The position numbers and the translations under genes were made by a program. Shown here one piece after another: positions 24,091-34,274 of a DNA stretch of 53,858 nt. The notes beneath the pieces were generated by a model. That model did not search any database and was not told where the DNA came from. It saw only the letters and a list, made by a program, of their open reading frames with translations. Positions within the stretch are counted from its first letter, which is position 1. Every line of letters begins with the position of its first letter. The stretch is from a virus (taxonomy: Duplodnaviria > Heunggongvirae > Uroviricota > Caudoviricetes), in the IMG/VR virus record IMGVR_UViG_3300008113_000007, positions 64,001 to 117,858 of that record. One strand, 5' to 3'.

Positions 24091-24654
24091 TTATTTGTTG
24101 AATCTCAATTTGTAAAGCGTCTTGTAGATGAGTGCGATTACCTCGTCTATTATGTTGTGCATATGAGTGTCCTCTACCTTGATGCACTTCCTCTCTACTT
24201 TGATGAAGTCTGCGAGCTCTCTGAAGTACTCTACGGTATCCTTAGTGTTCGTTGCGCTAGTGTCGATTACATCGTAGTTCTCGATGATGTCGTACTGGCC
24301 TTGGTAAATCTCGATGAGGTCGTCTATGAAACCGAGTATTCCCTCGTAGTATTCGCCTAAGGCAGTGTGCTTGGCGTGCGAACCCATCTCTCCGTTGACT
24401 TGTAGGTGGTAGATGTGTGCCATCTCACGGCTCTCGAAAAGCTTAGAGAAGAACTGAGCAGGGCTAGATTCAGAAGTCGAAACTTCTTTTTCGTCTTTAC
24501 TCACAGGCTCTGGCTGTTTCTCCTTAGTGCCTCCGGAGAGAAGGCCGAGAAGTTCCTCTTTCGACATCTCTTCGTAGTTGGAAGGTAGGTTAGGCTTCAC
24601 CTCATCAGCCTCATTCATCTTCCTTATCTTTTTGATCTCTGTGAATTTCTTCAT
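24091..24654 (-). CDS. ferritin/Dps-like four-helix protein (DUF5856-like) with N-terminal extension
   Basis: Likely start MKKFTEIKK at 24654. AHIYHLQV...HAKHTALGEYYEGI...DDLIEIYQGQY and NIIDEVIALIYKTLYKL give a ferritin-like ligand pattern. Confidence 0.7.
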   Translation of the reverse strand: MKKFTEIKKIRKMNEADEVKPNLPSNYEEMSKEELLGLLSGGTKEKQPEPVSKDEKEVSTSESSPAQFFSKLFESREMAHIYHLQVNGEMGSHAKHTALGEYYEGILGFIDDLIEIYQGQYDIIENYDVIDTSATNTKDTVEYFRELADFIKVERKCIKVEDTHMHNIIDEVIALIYKTLYKLRFNK

Positions 24655-24742
24655 TTTGTTATCGTTGCATTTTCTGTATATATAAAATGTCAAATCGCAT
24701 AAAATCGATTTAATATATAACCTACAAAACATTGTAGAAACT

Positions 24743-24937
24743 ATGAAATACCTGAACAAATATGTAAGGTTCTTCGAGGCCGAGGTGGCGGTGAAGACTA
24801 AGGTCGCCACGCCAGAGACAAAGCCCGCGGATCCAATCCCCGCAACAGGCGTGGACGCTGTCGTGGAGAGACTTTCTGCCATATATAAAAATCTCGACGC
24901 CGAGGGCAAGTCCGAGATTGACTCATATTTCGAATAA
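24743..24937 (+). CDS. small hypothetical protein, putative internal head protein
   Basis: 64 aa, starts MKYLNKYVRFFEAE, with AATATATA at 24712-24719. Confidence 0.65.
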   Translation: MKYLNKYVRFFEAEVAVKTKVATPETKPADPIPATGVDAVVERLSAIYKNLDAEGKSEIDSYFE

Positions 24938-24951
24938 AAACAACGATATAG

Positions 24952-26643
24952 ATGAAAAAGAAAACATTGAAGGATTTCGACCAGTTTTTAGTCGAGGCAA
25001 GCCTGAGAAAGTCGAAGGGACTTCCTTCCGACTTCATGTCGTCAGCTGAGGAAGAGGCCACGAAGAACCTTGGCATCAGAATAGACAGGCAAGGACCAAG
25101 CGACATCGGATCGCTTATGGCACAATCCTCTGCGATGATGAACGAGGGTAGCAAGAAAGAGGTTGAAAAAAGATATAAACAACTTAATGAACTTGCCAAA
25201 GAAGTCATAATGGATGAGTTCGGCTTCGTTCTGAGAGCTTCGGAAAAGCCGGTAGAGCTTGACATCAGACTAGTTAAGAGCGTTATCTCCGAGATGCCCG
25301 AACTCAGACAGAAGTCCGAGGTAGCCGAGGAGGCACCAGAGGCCGAAGAAGAAGTTCAGGAAGAAACACAGGACGAGTTCGCACAAGAGCCTGGACAGTC
25401 CGAGGAAGATCAACCACAGGAACAACAAGAAGAAGATGACTTCTTCAGTTTTTTCGACGATATTGAGACACCAGAAGAGGCCGCTCAATCGGAAGAAGAA
25501 GATGTCGAGACACTTTCAAACAAAGAAGTAAAGCTGGCTATTGACAAGAAGAAGCTCTTGAACACGATAACACAGGGTGCAGGAAAGGCGACCAAAGACA
25601 TAATAAGCCTGTCGGAGACCGCCAAGAATGGCATCGAAAAGATATTCGGCAAAGAGAAGGGCAAGACGATACTGAAATTATGGTGCGACATATCAGACGC
25701 GGCCGACAAGCTAGACTGGATGATACCAATCGGCCAGAAGCAGGCGATGTTCAAAGACGCACCACAGGGAATTGCTGGCGCGGTGAGCGTGAAATGGGAA
25801 TCTCGATCTTACGAGCTAATGAACCTTTCGCTTCTGAAAGAGAACACCGACTACAACAAAATCGTCATCAGGGCCTACGGAACCGACTTTCCTATGCTCA
25901 TACACGAGGCGACCAAAGGAGTTCACATGCTTCTCCTTTCTGCTGCGATCAAGAAGGATCCAGAACTGGCAAAAGAGATAAAAAGGGCAACTTCTTCCTA
26001 CAGGGACGAGGCAGAGGAGTTCAGGTACGGGCCACTCGCCAACCAGCTCTTCTCTGGCTTCGTGAACAACTGCGTAGGTGCGGCGAGGTTCCCGAACGCG
26101 AAGGAAAGGATATTCGGTGCGCTCGCTCTCGACAAAGGAAGAGGCGGTAAGTTCACTGACGAAGAATTTCTCGAGATGACAAAAGAGATGTTCTCATCTT
26201 TTGATAAAACAGAAGAAAATGGCAAGATACGCTTCATCCTGAACAGGCAAAGGTTCTCAGAAACCAGGGCAAAGAGAGAAATTGAGACGATACTCGGAGA
26301 GTTCAACGACATGTGGGAAGAGTACGAGCAGGCATTGAAAGAATGGGAAGAGGATCAGAAGTACGGCACCAGTTCAGGCCAGGCACAGGAAGAGCCTGAG
26401 TCTGAAATAGACAGGCTCGTAAGGCAGACGCTATATACTTCAGATGAACCAGAGGAGGAGGCTCCTAAGAAGAGCTACAAGGACATGACGGCAACCGAGA
26501 TACAGGACGAGATACAGAGGGCAGTCGCCGAAGAGGACTTCGAGCTTGCCGCCTACCTAAAAAACACGTTCTTGAAGGGCGAGGCTAAGAGGGTATGGGA
26601 CATCGAGCTGAAGAGGTTAAACGAATCCAGAGCGAGGAGGTAA
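24952..26643 (+). CDS. hypothetical acidic protein, putative head-associated
   Basis: 563-aa ORF with an N-terminal MKKKTLKDFDQFLVEAS and an acidic linker. Confidence 0.7.
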   Translation: MKKKTLKDFDQFLVEASLRKSKGLPSDFMSSAEEEATKNLGIRIDRQGPSDIGSLMAQSSAMMNEGSKKEVEKRYKQLNELAKEVIMDEFGFVLRASEKPVELDIRLVKSVISEMPELRQKSEVAEEAPEAEEEVQEETQDEFAQEPGQSEEDQPQEQQEEDDFFSFFDDIETPEEAAQSEEEDVETLSNKEVKLAIDKKKLLNTITQGAGKATKDIISLSETAKNGIEKIFGKEKGKTILKLWCDISDAADKLDWMIPIGQKQAMFKDAPQGIAGAVSVKWESRSYELMNLSLLKENTDYNKIVIRAYGTDFPMLIHEATKGVHMLLLSAAIKKDPELAKEIKRATSSYRDEAEEFRYGPLANQLFSGFVNNCVGAARFPNAKERIFGALALDKGRGGKFTDEEFLEMTKEMFSSFDKTEENGKIRFILNRQRFSETRAKREIETILGEFNDMWEEYEQALKEWEEDQKYGTSSGQAQEEPESEIDRLVRQTLYTSDEPEEEAPKKSYKDMTATEIQDEIQRAVAEEDFELAAYLKNTFLKGEAKRVWDIELKRLNESRARR

Positions 26644-26655
26644 CAACACAAATAC

Positions 26656-26685
26656 AAGAAAGGCCAGTTTACACTGGCCTTTCTT
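26656..26685. terminator. bidirectional intrinsic terminator hairpin
   Basis: AAGAAAGGCCAG-tttaca-CTGGCCTTTCTT between convergent genes. Confidence 0.7.
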
Positions 26686-27394
26686 CTTTAATGACGTTGT
26701 ATATTAGGAACGCGTCGTTTATGTCCTCGTATGGCTTTGGAATGGTCGAAACGGATAGAAGGTCGTCCTTGACTTGACGGCAGTGTTCGAACCACGGATG
26801 CTCATGTACTTTGTTCTCAACTATCGCCATGAGCATGTCGGTTTTTGTGAAGCTTCCACCTGCAATACCCATGTTGTTCCTCCACTCGTACTTCAACTTC
26901 TTCACCTTCTTGCCGGTCTCTGTCACGATTGGCTCGTATGTGAGCTTGCAAGACTCGAGCTTCAGCGACGCTGGTGAGAGTACGGTTATGTCCTCGGACA
27001 CCCTGTCGAAAAGCTTCTTTCTCAAAAGAGTTGAGAACGTGACGAGGTCGATGATGTCTCCAGCGGAGCTAGAGTAAGAGTAACCCTCAATCCCGACGCG
27101 GGTCGGTAGCGATGTGTCGATTGTTTCTAGTATGTCGGATATTATCAGGTCCGTGATAGCGTCGTAGTCCTTCAGCTTTATAAGCTCACCCTCGGAGTAT
27201 GTCTCGAAAGGCCGGTAGTCTATGAACCTGTACTCGACGTGCTGTTCCGCCATCTTGAACCACTTCTTCATGCCCTTCTTGCCAGCTGCGGAAGATTCCC
27301 TGCAGTAGTTTATCATCCTGGTTCTTTTCGGTGATGCCACGACTAGTGCTGTTGAGATTAGCGACTGGTCCAGCGCGACTATGTTGTATTCCAT
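26669..27394 (-). CDS. RuvC-like Holliday junction resolvase
   Basis: IVALDQSLISTALVV (first acidic motif), VGIEGYSY (catalytic Glu) and EDINDAF (C-terminal Asp pair). Confidence 0.7.
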   Translation of the reverse strand: MEYNIVALDQSLISTALVVASPKRTRMINYCRESSAAGKKGMKKWFKMAEQHVEYRFIDYRPFETYSEGELIKLKDYDAITDLIISDILETIDTSLPTRVGIEGYSYSSSAGDIIDLVTFSTLLRKKLFDRVSEDITVLSPASLKLESCKLTYEPIVTETGKKVKKLKYEWRNNMGIAGGSFTKTDMLMAIVENKVHEHPWFEHCRQVKDDLLSVSTIPKPYEDINDAFLIYNVIKEERPV

Positions 27395-27438
27395 TTTTTA
27401 TATATCAAACACAGCATTTCTCTCGTAATATATAGATA

Positions 27439-27921
27439 ATGAAGTATATAAAAAGTTTCTATACTATGAACGAAAGCATGATTGGTTATAAGAACCGTGT
27501 TGTCGACAATAACGACAAAAAGGTCAAATATGAATTCACGGACGAATACGGCAACGACTTTCTGGTCGTTTTCACCAATGACACCGTTGGTCCCATATCT
27601 AAGCCGATGCTAGGCAAGTCTTACGAGCTTACGTACTTCGTGAAAGACACAGACAGTGGTGATTGGAGCGTAAGCAAGGTCGTGAACACTAATCTGCGCC
27701 TACTTCTCAGGACCATATTGGGTGACATACTTACCGATTTTCTAAATGACCGTCCCTGGGTCAACACAATACGACTGGAAGGTCTAGCCAAAGACGGGGA
27801 GGTGGGCCAGACAAAGAGGACAAAGGTGTACCTCAGGTATTTCGAGAACAACGAAGTCGAAGGATTCAAGCTGGTTCAGGTATCGCTGAACAGGATGAAC
27901 CTCATAAAAATAAGTAGGTGA
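27439..27921 (+). CDS. hypothetical protein, putative internal head protein
   Basis: 160 aa, starts MKYIKSFYTMNES, with AATATATA at 27427-27434. Confidence 0.65.
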   Translation: MKYIKSFYTMNESMIGYKNRVVDNNDKKVKYEFTDEYGNDFLVVFTNDTVGPISKPMLGKSYELTYFVKDTDSGDWSVSKVVNTNLRLLLRTILGDILTDFLNDRPWVNTIRLEGLAKDGEVGQTKRTKVYLRYFENNEVEGFKLVQVSLNRMNLIKISR

Positions 27922-28271
27922 TTATGAAACCTGAGGTTAGAATTATACAGGCACAGGAAGAGACTGTAGCACCTGCACAGATTAGCAGTTGGGAAGCGGA
28001 GCAGCTGATGCGCAAGTACGGATACTCTACGCAGAACGATGTTCCGGTAGAAGACCAGCCTGCCACTTCCAGCCTGACCTTCGAGGAGATGGTCGCACAG
28101 GAGAACGCAAGGATCAACAACGAGAGGTTGCGACAACAACAGGTTCCGAGGCCTGCATCGTTCGACGGCCGTGGTGGCCTGCACACCGAGACGAGGTACA
28201 GCTCGGACGAGGACACTGGCTTCAGCTTCAACGTTCAGATTACTTCCGACATGCCGATTCCGAGGTATTAA
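27918..28271 (+). CDS. hypothetical protein
   Basis: 117-aa ORF overlapping the upstream stop, followed by an AGGCC-taaaa-GGCCT hairpin. Confidence 0.6.
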   Translation: MIMKPEVRIIQAQEETVAPAQISSWEAEQLMRKYGYSTQNDVPVEDQPATSSLTFEEMVAQENARINNERLRQQQVPRPASFDGRGGLHTETRYSSDEDTGFSFNVQITSDMPIPRY

Positions 28272-28327
28272 GGCCTAAAAGGCCTTTGTTGTTTTAATAT
28301 ATACCACCGACAAATGTAATTACATTC

Positions 28328-30742
28328 ATGAGCCAAGTTTTATTCAATAGCTACATCGACATGGTCAACGAGGGCCTTACGCCATCGACAATTGGCTTCA
28401 GTGTCGCCTACGACCTCGACGGAGTACTTAAGCAAAAAGACGAGAACGGTGTTATCACGCCAATAAGTTCCGACTATACGAAGACGTTAGAGAACATACT
28501 TCGAAACGGTAACTACTCCGGTACATATTCGGTTTTGATGGGCACTGGCTCTTACATACAAAACATAAATGGGACAGGACGTGTTACGGTCGGTCAAGGA
28601 AACACAAGCTCGGTCATCATGTCGGTCACCGCCAGCGACATAAACAACCACATAACCAACACTCTGGATTCTGTAGTGATATTAGGATCGAAGTCGAATC
28701 AACGATCAACTGTAGTTGTATCACCGAACACTTTCTCTGCATACGTGGGCACAACGACATACTCGACATTCGTCGAACACGTCGGCAACAGAGTGAGCGT
28801 TGGACACTACGATTCTTTGATAGGAGTTGGTGGTAAGATAAACGTCATCGACTCGGGCAAGACCTACAACGGTGTCGGCTCTCTCAACAAGGCATGGCTT
28901 CACCTGAACACCTACGGTGCATCTACATCATATGGGGTGCAGAACTCTGTGGTGATTGGCGGCCAGTTTTTGACCGCAAGCCGTTCGAACTACGTTTACC
29001 TCGGAAACTGGGTGAACGTAAACAACGCATACACGCTTCCGAACACAGACGGAACGTCGGGCCAGGTTCTTACAACTAACGGCGGCGGAACCGCATCGTG
29101 GGTGACTCTGCCTGCGTCATCAAACAGATTGGACCAGGTACTTACCAACGGTAACTACTCTGGGGCTAACTCGATAATGATGGACACGAACCAGGACGTG
29201 ATACTCGGCACCAGCAGCGTATTGAGGTCGAACAACAGCAACTCGCTCATAAGCCTCGACTACAGCACAGACAGGTTGTTACTTTCCGGCAACGGCGAGA
29301 CTACTACATCTGCTATAATAATAGCGACCAACAGTCAGTCCGTCTACACCGACACATTCAACATGTACATCGGCACCGCATCCAACATAGTTACCAGTAA
29401 TCTGAAGGGTCTCGAGTACGGCGCGGACTACAGTTCGACTTTCACGACAAACTCGCTAATCACGAAATCCTACGTAGACAATAACGCAGGCGGTTACCTT
29501 ACGCACCTAATCGTCTACGTAGACGTCAACCAAGGAAACGACGCAACTGGCCAGCTCAACAAGCCAAACAAGCCATACCAGACAATCGCGGCGGCGATGA
29601 TCGGTCTTACCGCAAGTTCGTACAGTTCATCAGACCGAGGTCTCGTTCACGTAAGGAAAGGAAACTACACTACGAACGTCACGCTCGTCAACAACGTTGA
29701 CTTCTACTGCGAGAACGGCGTTGTTTTCACGCAGAACGGCTTCAGCGACGCTTCAGCCGTGAACTCGAACGTCTACGGAAACGCATCGTTCATAGGAACT
29801 AACTCTAACCTCGTTCCGCTCACAATCGCATACGGCTCAACGGTTAGGTTCGAGTTCGACACTATAGACAACAGGTCATCAATAGGTAGAGTATACGGCA
29901 CCAACGCCAACGTCACGATTTTCGGCAAGCAAATCAAGACACAGGCCTCTGCCGGCTATGGCTTATCCATAGAAGGTTCCGCCAACGTGACAGTAAACGT
30001 GCAGAAGGACATACTCGCCGCTTACTACACGGTGAGGTTCTCGGATGACTACAGCGGCACTTCGTATGTCAGGACACCTTACATTTACTGCAACGGTGAT
30101 TTCGGCCCCAGTGGCTATGTCGTTCCGGACAACGTACGCGCTCTAAGGGTCGGTGATTCTGTGACCGGGAACGTATTCATAGACGCCAACCTTGAGGATC
30201 TTTCGACGACTTACGGCGGCCAGTACCAGAGTGTCGTCTACGTCGGATCCGGAAACACGGTAATAAACGGTAATATAAAATCATTGAGGTCGACCGGTGT
30301 GTACACCACTGGTACTAATGCCGGAAATCTGAGTATAAACGGCGACGTTGTTGCATCCAGAGAAGCGATACTACACGGAAACGTCGGTATGCAAATCAGA
30401 ATAAGAAACTCACGCATCTCAAGTGATGGGCTTGGTGGCTACACGCAGTCAATCTACGTCGGTGCCAACAACTTCACCTTCATAGAGAACTCGACTATAT
30501 ACAACGGCCTAACCGGCTCGGACTTTATAAAGGCGGACGATTGGGACTCTACTATCGGTCTTTACAATGTCAGTGCATACAGTCCTGGTACATTCGGGTC
30601 TTTCATAACGACAAGCTTTGCTGACTACACAATCGGCTTCAGCAACGTCAGGTCCAACAAGGATAACCACGACAACATAGTAGATCTGTTTGATCCTAGC
30701 GGATTCATTTACGATCCATACTTCTTCGTTCCGAAATTCTAA
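28328..30742 (+). CDS. putative tail fibre/virion protein with C-terminal beta-helix-like region
   Basis: Repeated LE/DxxLxNGN motifs, YTLPNTDGTSGQVLTTNG, and VYVDVNQGNDATG...KPYQTIAAA, typical of the start of right-handed beta-helix domains. Confidence 0.6.
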   Translation: MSQVLFNSYIDMVNEGLTPSTIGFSVAYDLDGVLKQKDENGVITPISSDYTKTLENILRNGNYSGTYSVLMGTGSYIQNINGTGRVTVGQGNTSSVIMSVTASDINNHITNTLDSVVILGSKSNQRSTVVVSPNTFSAYVGTTTYSTFVEHVGNRVSVGHYDSLIGVGGKINVIDSGKTYNGVGSLNKAWLHLNTYGASTSYGVQNSVVIGGQFLTASRSNYVYLGNWVNVNNAYTLPNTDGTSGQVLTTNGGGTASWVTLPASSNRLDQVLTNGNYSGANSIMMDTNQDVILGTSSVLRSNNSNSLISLDYSTDRLLLSGNGETTTSAIIIATNSQSVYTDTFNMYIGTASNIVTSNLKGLEYGADYSSTFTTNSLITKSYVDNNAGGYLTHLIVYVDVNQGNDATGQLNKPNKPYQTIAAAMIGLTASSYSSSDRGLVHVRKGNYTTNVTLVNNVDFYCENGVVFTQNGFSDASAVNSNVYGNASFIGTNSNLVPLTIAYGSTVRFEFDTIDNRSSIGRVYGTNANVTIFGKQIKTQASAGYGLSIEGSANVTVNVQKDILAAYYTVRFSDDYSGTSYVRTPYIYCNGDFGPSGYVVPDNVRALRVGDSVTGNVFIDANLEDLSTTYGGQYQSVVYVGSGNTVINGNIKSLRSTGVYTTGTNAGNLSINGDVVASREAILHGNVGMQIRIRNSRISSDGLGGYTQSIYVGANNFTFIENSTIYNGLTGSDFIKADDWDSTIGLYNVSAYSPGTFGSFITTSFADYTIGFSNVRSNKDNHDNIVDLFDPSGFIYDPYFFVPKF

Positions 30743-30760
30743 AAATAAAGCTAGCGGCTG

Positions 30761-33688
30761 ATGAAAAACAACAACACAGTACTAAGATCGAGATACGGAA
30801 AAACCGACGTTTCTGAGGAGTTCCTCAGATATCCATTTGAGTCACCGATAAAATACGACGTCGACTACACCGGCACGTACTCGAAGTTCTCCATAGTAGA
30901 CAAATACTACGTGGACACACTGGTAAAGCCACATAAAAGGCTTATCTCCGGTGGTGCAGAATGGGGCTTGTTGGGCGCGTCAATGACGTTCAGCACAAGC
31001 GACGTATACTACACTTTCACCGGGCAGGTACTGAGCATCAGCGCCAGCTATCCTGGCATTGCATTCGAGAACGGATCCTCTGCTGCACGGATAGACGCAG
31101 TCGTCATAAACGAGGACGGATCTTTCGGTATCGTCAAGGGTGAGCCAAAGTTTCCGCCTTCACGACCTGCCATTTCGGACAGCCAGATACTGCTACAGTA
31201 CGCATACATCGGCACTTCGTCGACGACAATAGGTACGACAGAGCAGGTCTACACAAACAACGCACAATGGCAGGTGACCAACTACCAGCTGTCAGGACTG
31301 AACTCGGGAACATTCAACGCTGCATTCGGCGGAGACGACTACACCTCGGGCTTCTGCGTGCAACTGGACACAGACTACAGAACGGGCGTCAAGTTCACCA
31401 AGCCGGCTGGCGGACTGTTGGCATCGGACTACGGATCGATATCTATGCGTATCAAGTTCACTTCGGTAGTTCCTGACCACAAAAGCCTCTTCGTGCAGAT
31501 ACAGGGCACGGCGAACGGTGCGACGGTCTACGGCAACACACTAAACCTTATGACTTACGGTCTACAGAGAGAAGTTACTAACGTCTGGCAGCACGTGGTC
31601 GTACATACTTCAAAGTTCGGTCCGGAATTCTCGCAGTACAACGCACTCACGTTGAGGATGGCCGGTGGTGCCTCGGGCTCTAACACGCTTTGGCGCGTAG
31701 ACAACATACTTATACAGCCAGGCTGGGCATTCGACGGGTACATGGGCGAGCCTGACGCGACCGGTGGCGTAGGTGGTGGTAGCACGACCAACGCAGTAAC
31801 TGGTGGCGTGATTGGACCGGCGGAGGACGGAACCTACACAGACGGTGTCTTCACCGACTTCAATCCGCTTACTCCTATCGGAACGGCAGTAGACAGGTTC
31901 AACGAGCTCTTTTTGGCACTCGTGCCGGCTCCTGCGCCTGCGCTTTCTAACTGGAGCGGTTCCAGGTCTGGAGGTTTCGCCGGAAATGGAAAGCTCAGCT
32001 TCGGAACTACTGACCAGACCATCGACGGAACGACATACTTCGCGGCCAACGCAGGTAGCGGCGCAAGCCCAGCGGTTGCCGCCGACGGCGCCTGGACCGT
32101 CTCGGGCAAGAGGCTGACGATTTATCCAGCTGGCGGATCCGACATTACCGGAACACTTGCAAACGACGTCGGTGCTGAGTCTCTCGGTGCATATGCAGCC
32201 ACATCTTTCAAAGAAGCCACATTAGGAAACCTTACGCTGTCCGTGAACGGTCTGATAGTTTCCACGCAGAGCCTCTCAAGCCCCGCCGCACTCGACAACA
32301 CGAGCGGCAACACGATAAGCGGCTTCGTACTGAGCGCGGCGACGCAGTCGAAGTTCCAGAACGGCAAGCCTTTCGAGACGGACAATCCACTCTTCACAAG
32401 CAGAAATAACTGCGTATGGCGGGTAAAGGCGAACGACCCTAGGCTCAGGAACGGCTACAACTACATCATCGCGGAGCACAAGTCTACGGCAGTGAACACG
32501 TTCACGAGGACTCTCGCCAGGTTCGACTTCATACAGGACGCGAACACGTTCGGCACAACGTTCTCGGAGTTCTCGATCACTAGCTTCTCGCTCAGCGGGT
32601 CTAAGTTCCTATCCGGTATAGAGTACTTCACTGGAGGAACGATAAACTACGACGGCACGATGTCCAACCTTTACAGGAACACCTACAACCCGGACGCCGA
32701 CGCCGTGTCCTTCAACGACACGAGCATCACAGGTAACGGCAGTACGTTGCCGATAGTCAACCTCGCGTCCGTCGGCAACAAGCCGATACTGAACTGTGGA
32801 GACGACGAGAACAAAGTTGTCAGGCTTTCCACGGACTACAACTCATCGAGCCCTCTGGCGTTCTCTCTGCTCACGAGCAGCAAGAGGAGGCTCAACGACC
32901 CGATCGGAATATCGACGACCGCGAAGCGCACCCTGCAGGGCACCCGGACAGGAGGCACCGTATCGATAACCAACGTCTACCTGGACAACTTCGCAAACAA
33001 CTCGAATTTGTTGGATGAGACTTTCAACAGCGAGACCTACAGGCTCAAAGGCGAGACTGCCGGACTAAGCTACAGCATCGTGGCCGACGTCACTGGCAAC
33101 GCCTGGGTTTCATCGGAGTCGCTCACCACAGGCGACACAAACCACAGCGCCGGCCTTATGGTCTACAACGGGAAGCTTATGTACCCTACGCAGGCGACTC
33201 CTACGGCCAACTTCAGCACTGCCGGTAGCGCGGTGACGAACCCTAACTTCGGCAACGCCAACAGGGACTACACCGCCGCTACCGGGACTAGGACGTACAT
33301 CAGGTACTTCAGACAGACCTCTCCATCGTCCGCGGCGTTCACACTTGTCATAACTGGCACCAACACTACGTTTGTTGCCGAGGGCACGGCACTGACAGGT
33401 AACAACGTGCGCGTTCACCTGAAACTGCCGACCGGGACAGGTGCCGGCACCGGATGGCTGGACTGCTATTCGCCCTGGGTGCAGTCAACGTTGACAGCCA
33501 ACAACTACTCGAGTGGCGGCCTTTACTGGGCCACCGCCGGTGCTACGAGAGCGCTTGGCGGTAGCTGGGGTCTCAACCTCGGATCCGGTAGGTCGACGGT
33601 CAACAGCAACGGATACGTTGTGGTGAGGATCACGGTAGGTTCTTCTTGGGCCGGCACGATAGAGAACATGAGCTTGACCTGGTATTGA
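30761..33688 (+). CDS. large putative virion structural protein
   Basis: 975 aa, Gly/Ser/Thr-rich, beta-sandwich-like composition, within the structural gene block. Confidence 0.6.
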   Translation: MKNNNTVLRSRYGKTDVSEEFLRYPFESPIKYDVDYTGTYSKFSIVDKYYVDTLVKPHKRLISGGAEWGLLGASMTFSTSDVYYTFTGQVLSISASYPGIAFENGSSAARIDAVVINEDGSFGIVKGEPKFPPSRPAISDSQILLQYAYIGTSSTTIGTTEQVYTNNAQWQVTNYQLSGLNSGTFNAAFGGDDYTSGFCVQLDTDYRTGVKFTKPAGGLLASDYGSISMRIKFTSVVPDHKSLFVQIQGTANGATVYGNTLNLMTYGLQREVTNVWQHVVVHTSKFGPEFSQYNALTLRMAGGASGSNTLWRVDNILIQPGWAFDGYMGEPDATGGVGGGSTTNAVTGGVIGPAEDGTYTDGVFTDFNPLTPIGTAVDRFNELFLALVPAPAPALSNWSGSRSGGFAGNGKLSFGTTDQTIDGTTYFAANAGSGASPAVAADGAWTVSGKRLTIYPAGGSDITGTLANDVGAESLGAYAATSFKEATLGNLTLSVNGLIVSTQSLSSPAALDNTSGNTISGFVLSAATQSKFQNGKPFETDNPLFTSRNNCVWRVKANDPRLRNGYNYIIAEHKSTAVNTFTRTLARFDFIQDANTFGTTFSEFSITSFSLSGSKFLSGIEYFTGGTINYDGTMSNLYRNTYNPDADAVSFNDTSITGNGSTLPIVNLASVGNKPILNCGDDENKVVRLSTDYNSSSPLAFSLLTSSKRRLNDPIGISTTAKRTLQGTRTGGTVSITNVYLDNFANNSNLLDETFNSETYRLKGETAGLSYSIVADVTGNAWVSSESLTTGDTNHSAGLMVYNGKLMYPTQATPTANFSTAGSAVTNPNFGNANRDYTAATGTRTYIRYFRQTSPSSAAFTLVITGTNTTFVAEGTALTGNNVRVHLKLPTGTGAGTGWLDCYSPWVQSTLTANNYSSGGLYWATAGATRALGGSWGLNLGSGRSTVNSNGYVVVRITVGSSWAGTIENMSLTWY

Positions 33689-33791
33689 TTTTTTTCTACT
33701 AATTTTTTTGTGATAATCGGGACTATGTGCCCGATTTATCATTTAAGTGTGTCGCGGAAATAATATATAGTGTATAATATAAGTTATAACT

Positions 33792-34250
33792 ATGGCAGGA
33801 ATAAGCTCGAATAACCAGACAAACATAGCGTTCAAAAACCTACTCGGTAAATCGGTAACATACACCAGTGCGGCACTGAGTCAGGAGCCGTTTGGTATAT
33901 TTTTCAACGTAAGTTCTTCTAATGTTTGGGCCTCGGCGATAACGATAGAGGATCCATACGCAACGATCGGCAACGGCGCGGCAGTTTACGTAGAGGCGGA
34001 TTTGGTCTACATCTCATCTTCTAACGGCTCTGCCTTCAAGGCGGTCTGGCCGGCAACCCCGCCGGCGGGAACCGACCCTAAAACTTCTTCGCCATTTTCT
34101 TACGGTTCGGGCTCACTGACTGGTATAGCCGCCGGTAACGTTGTTAATAACGTAATATCCGATGCTTACGGTTCGAGTTATGCGGCCACGGTCTTCTCAA
34201 GTGGTAACGAGATTTACTCTGGTGATACCAGAAACTGGCTTTTCCAGTAA
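33792..34250 (+). CDS. N-terminal part of the giant Gly-Ser repeat fibre protein (ends at an in-frame TAA)
   Basis: Same frame as 34275..42878. The text reads continuously through one stop: RNWLFQ*NSGIYWQEVPN. AATATATA at 33762-33769. Confidence 0.65.
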   Translation: MAGISSNNQTNIAFKNLLGKSVTYTSAALSQEPFGIFFNVSSSNVWASAITIEDPYATIGNGAAVYVEADLVYISSSNGSAFKAVWPATPPAGTDPKTSSPFSYGSGSLTGIAAGNVVNNVISDAYGSSYAATVFSSGNEIYSGDTRNWLFQ

Positions 34251-34274
34251 AACTCGGGTATCTACTGGCAAGAG

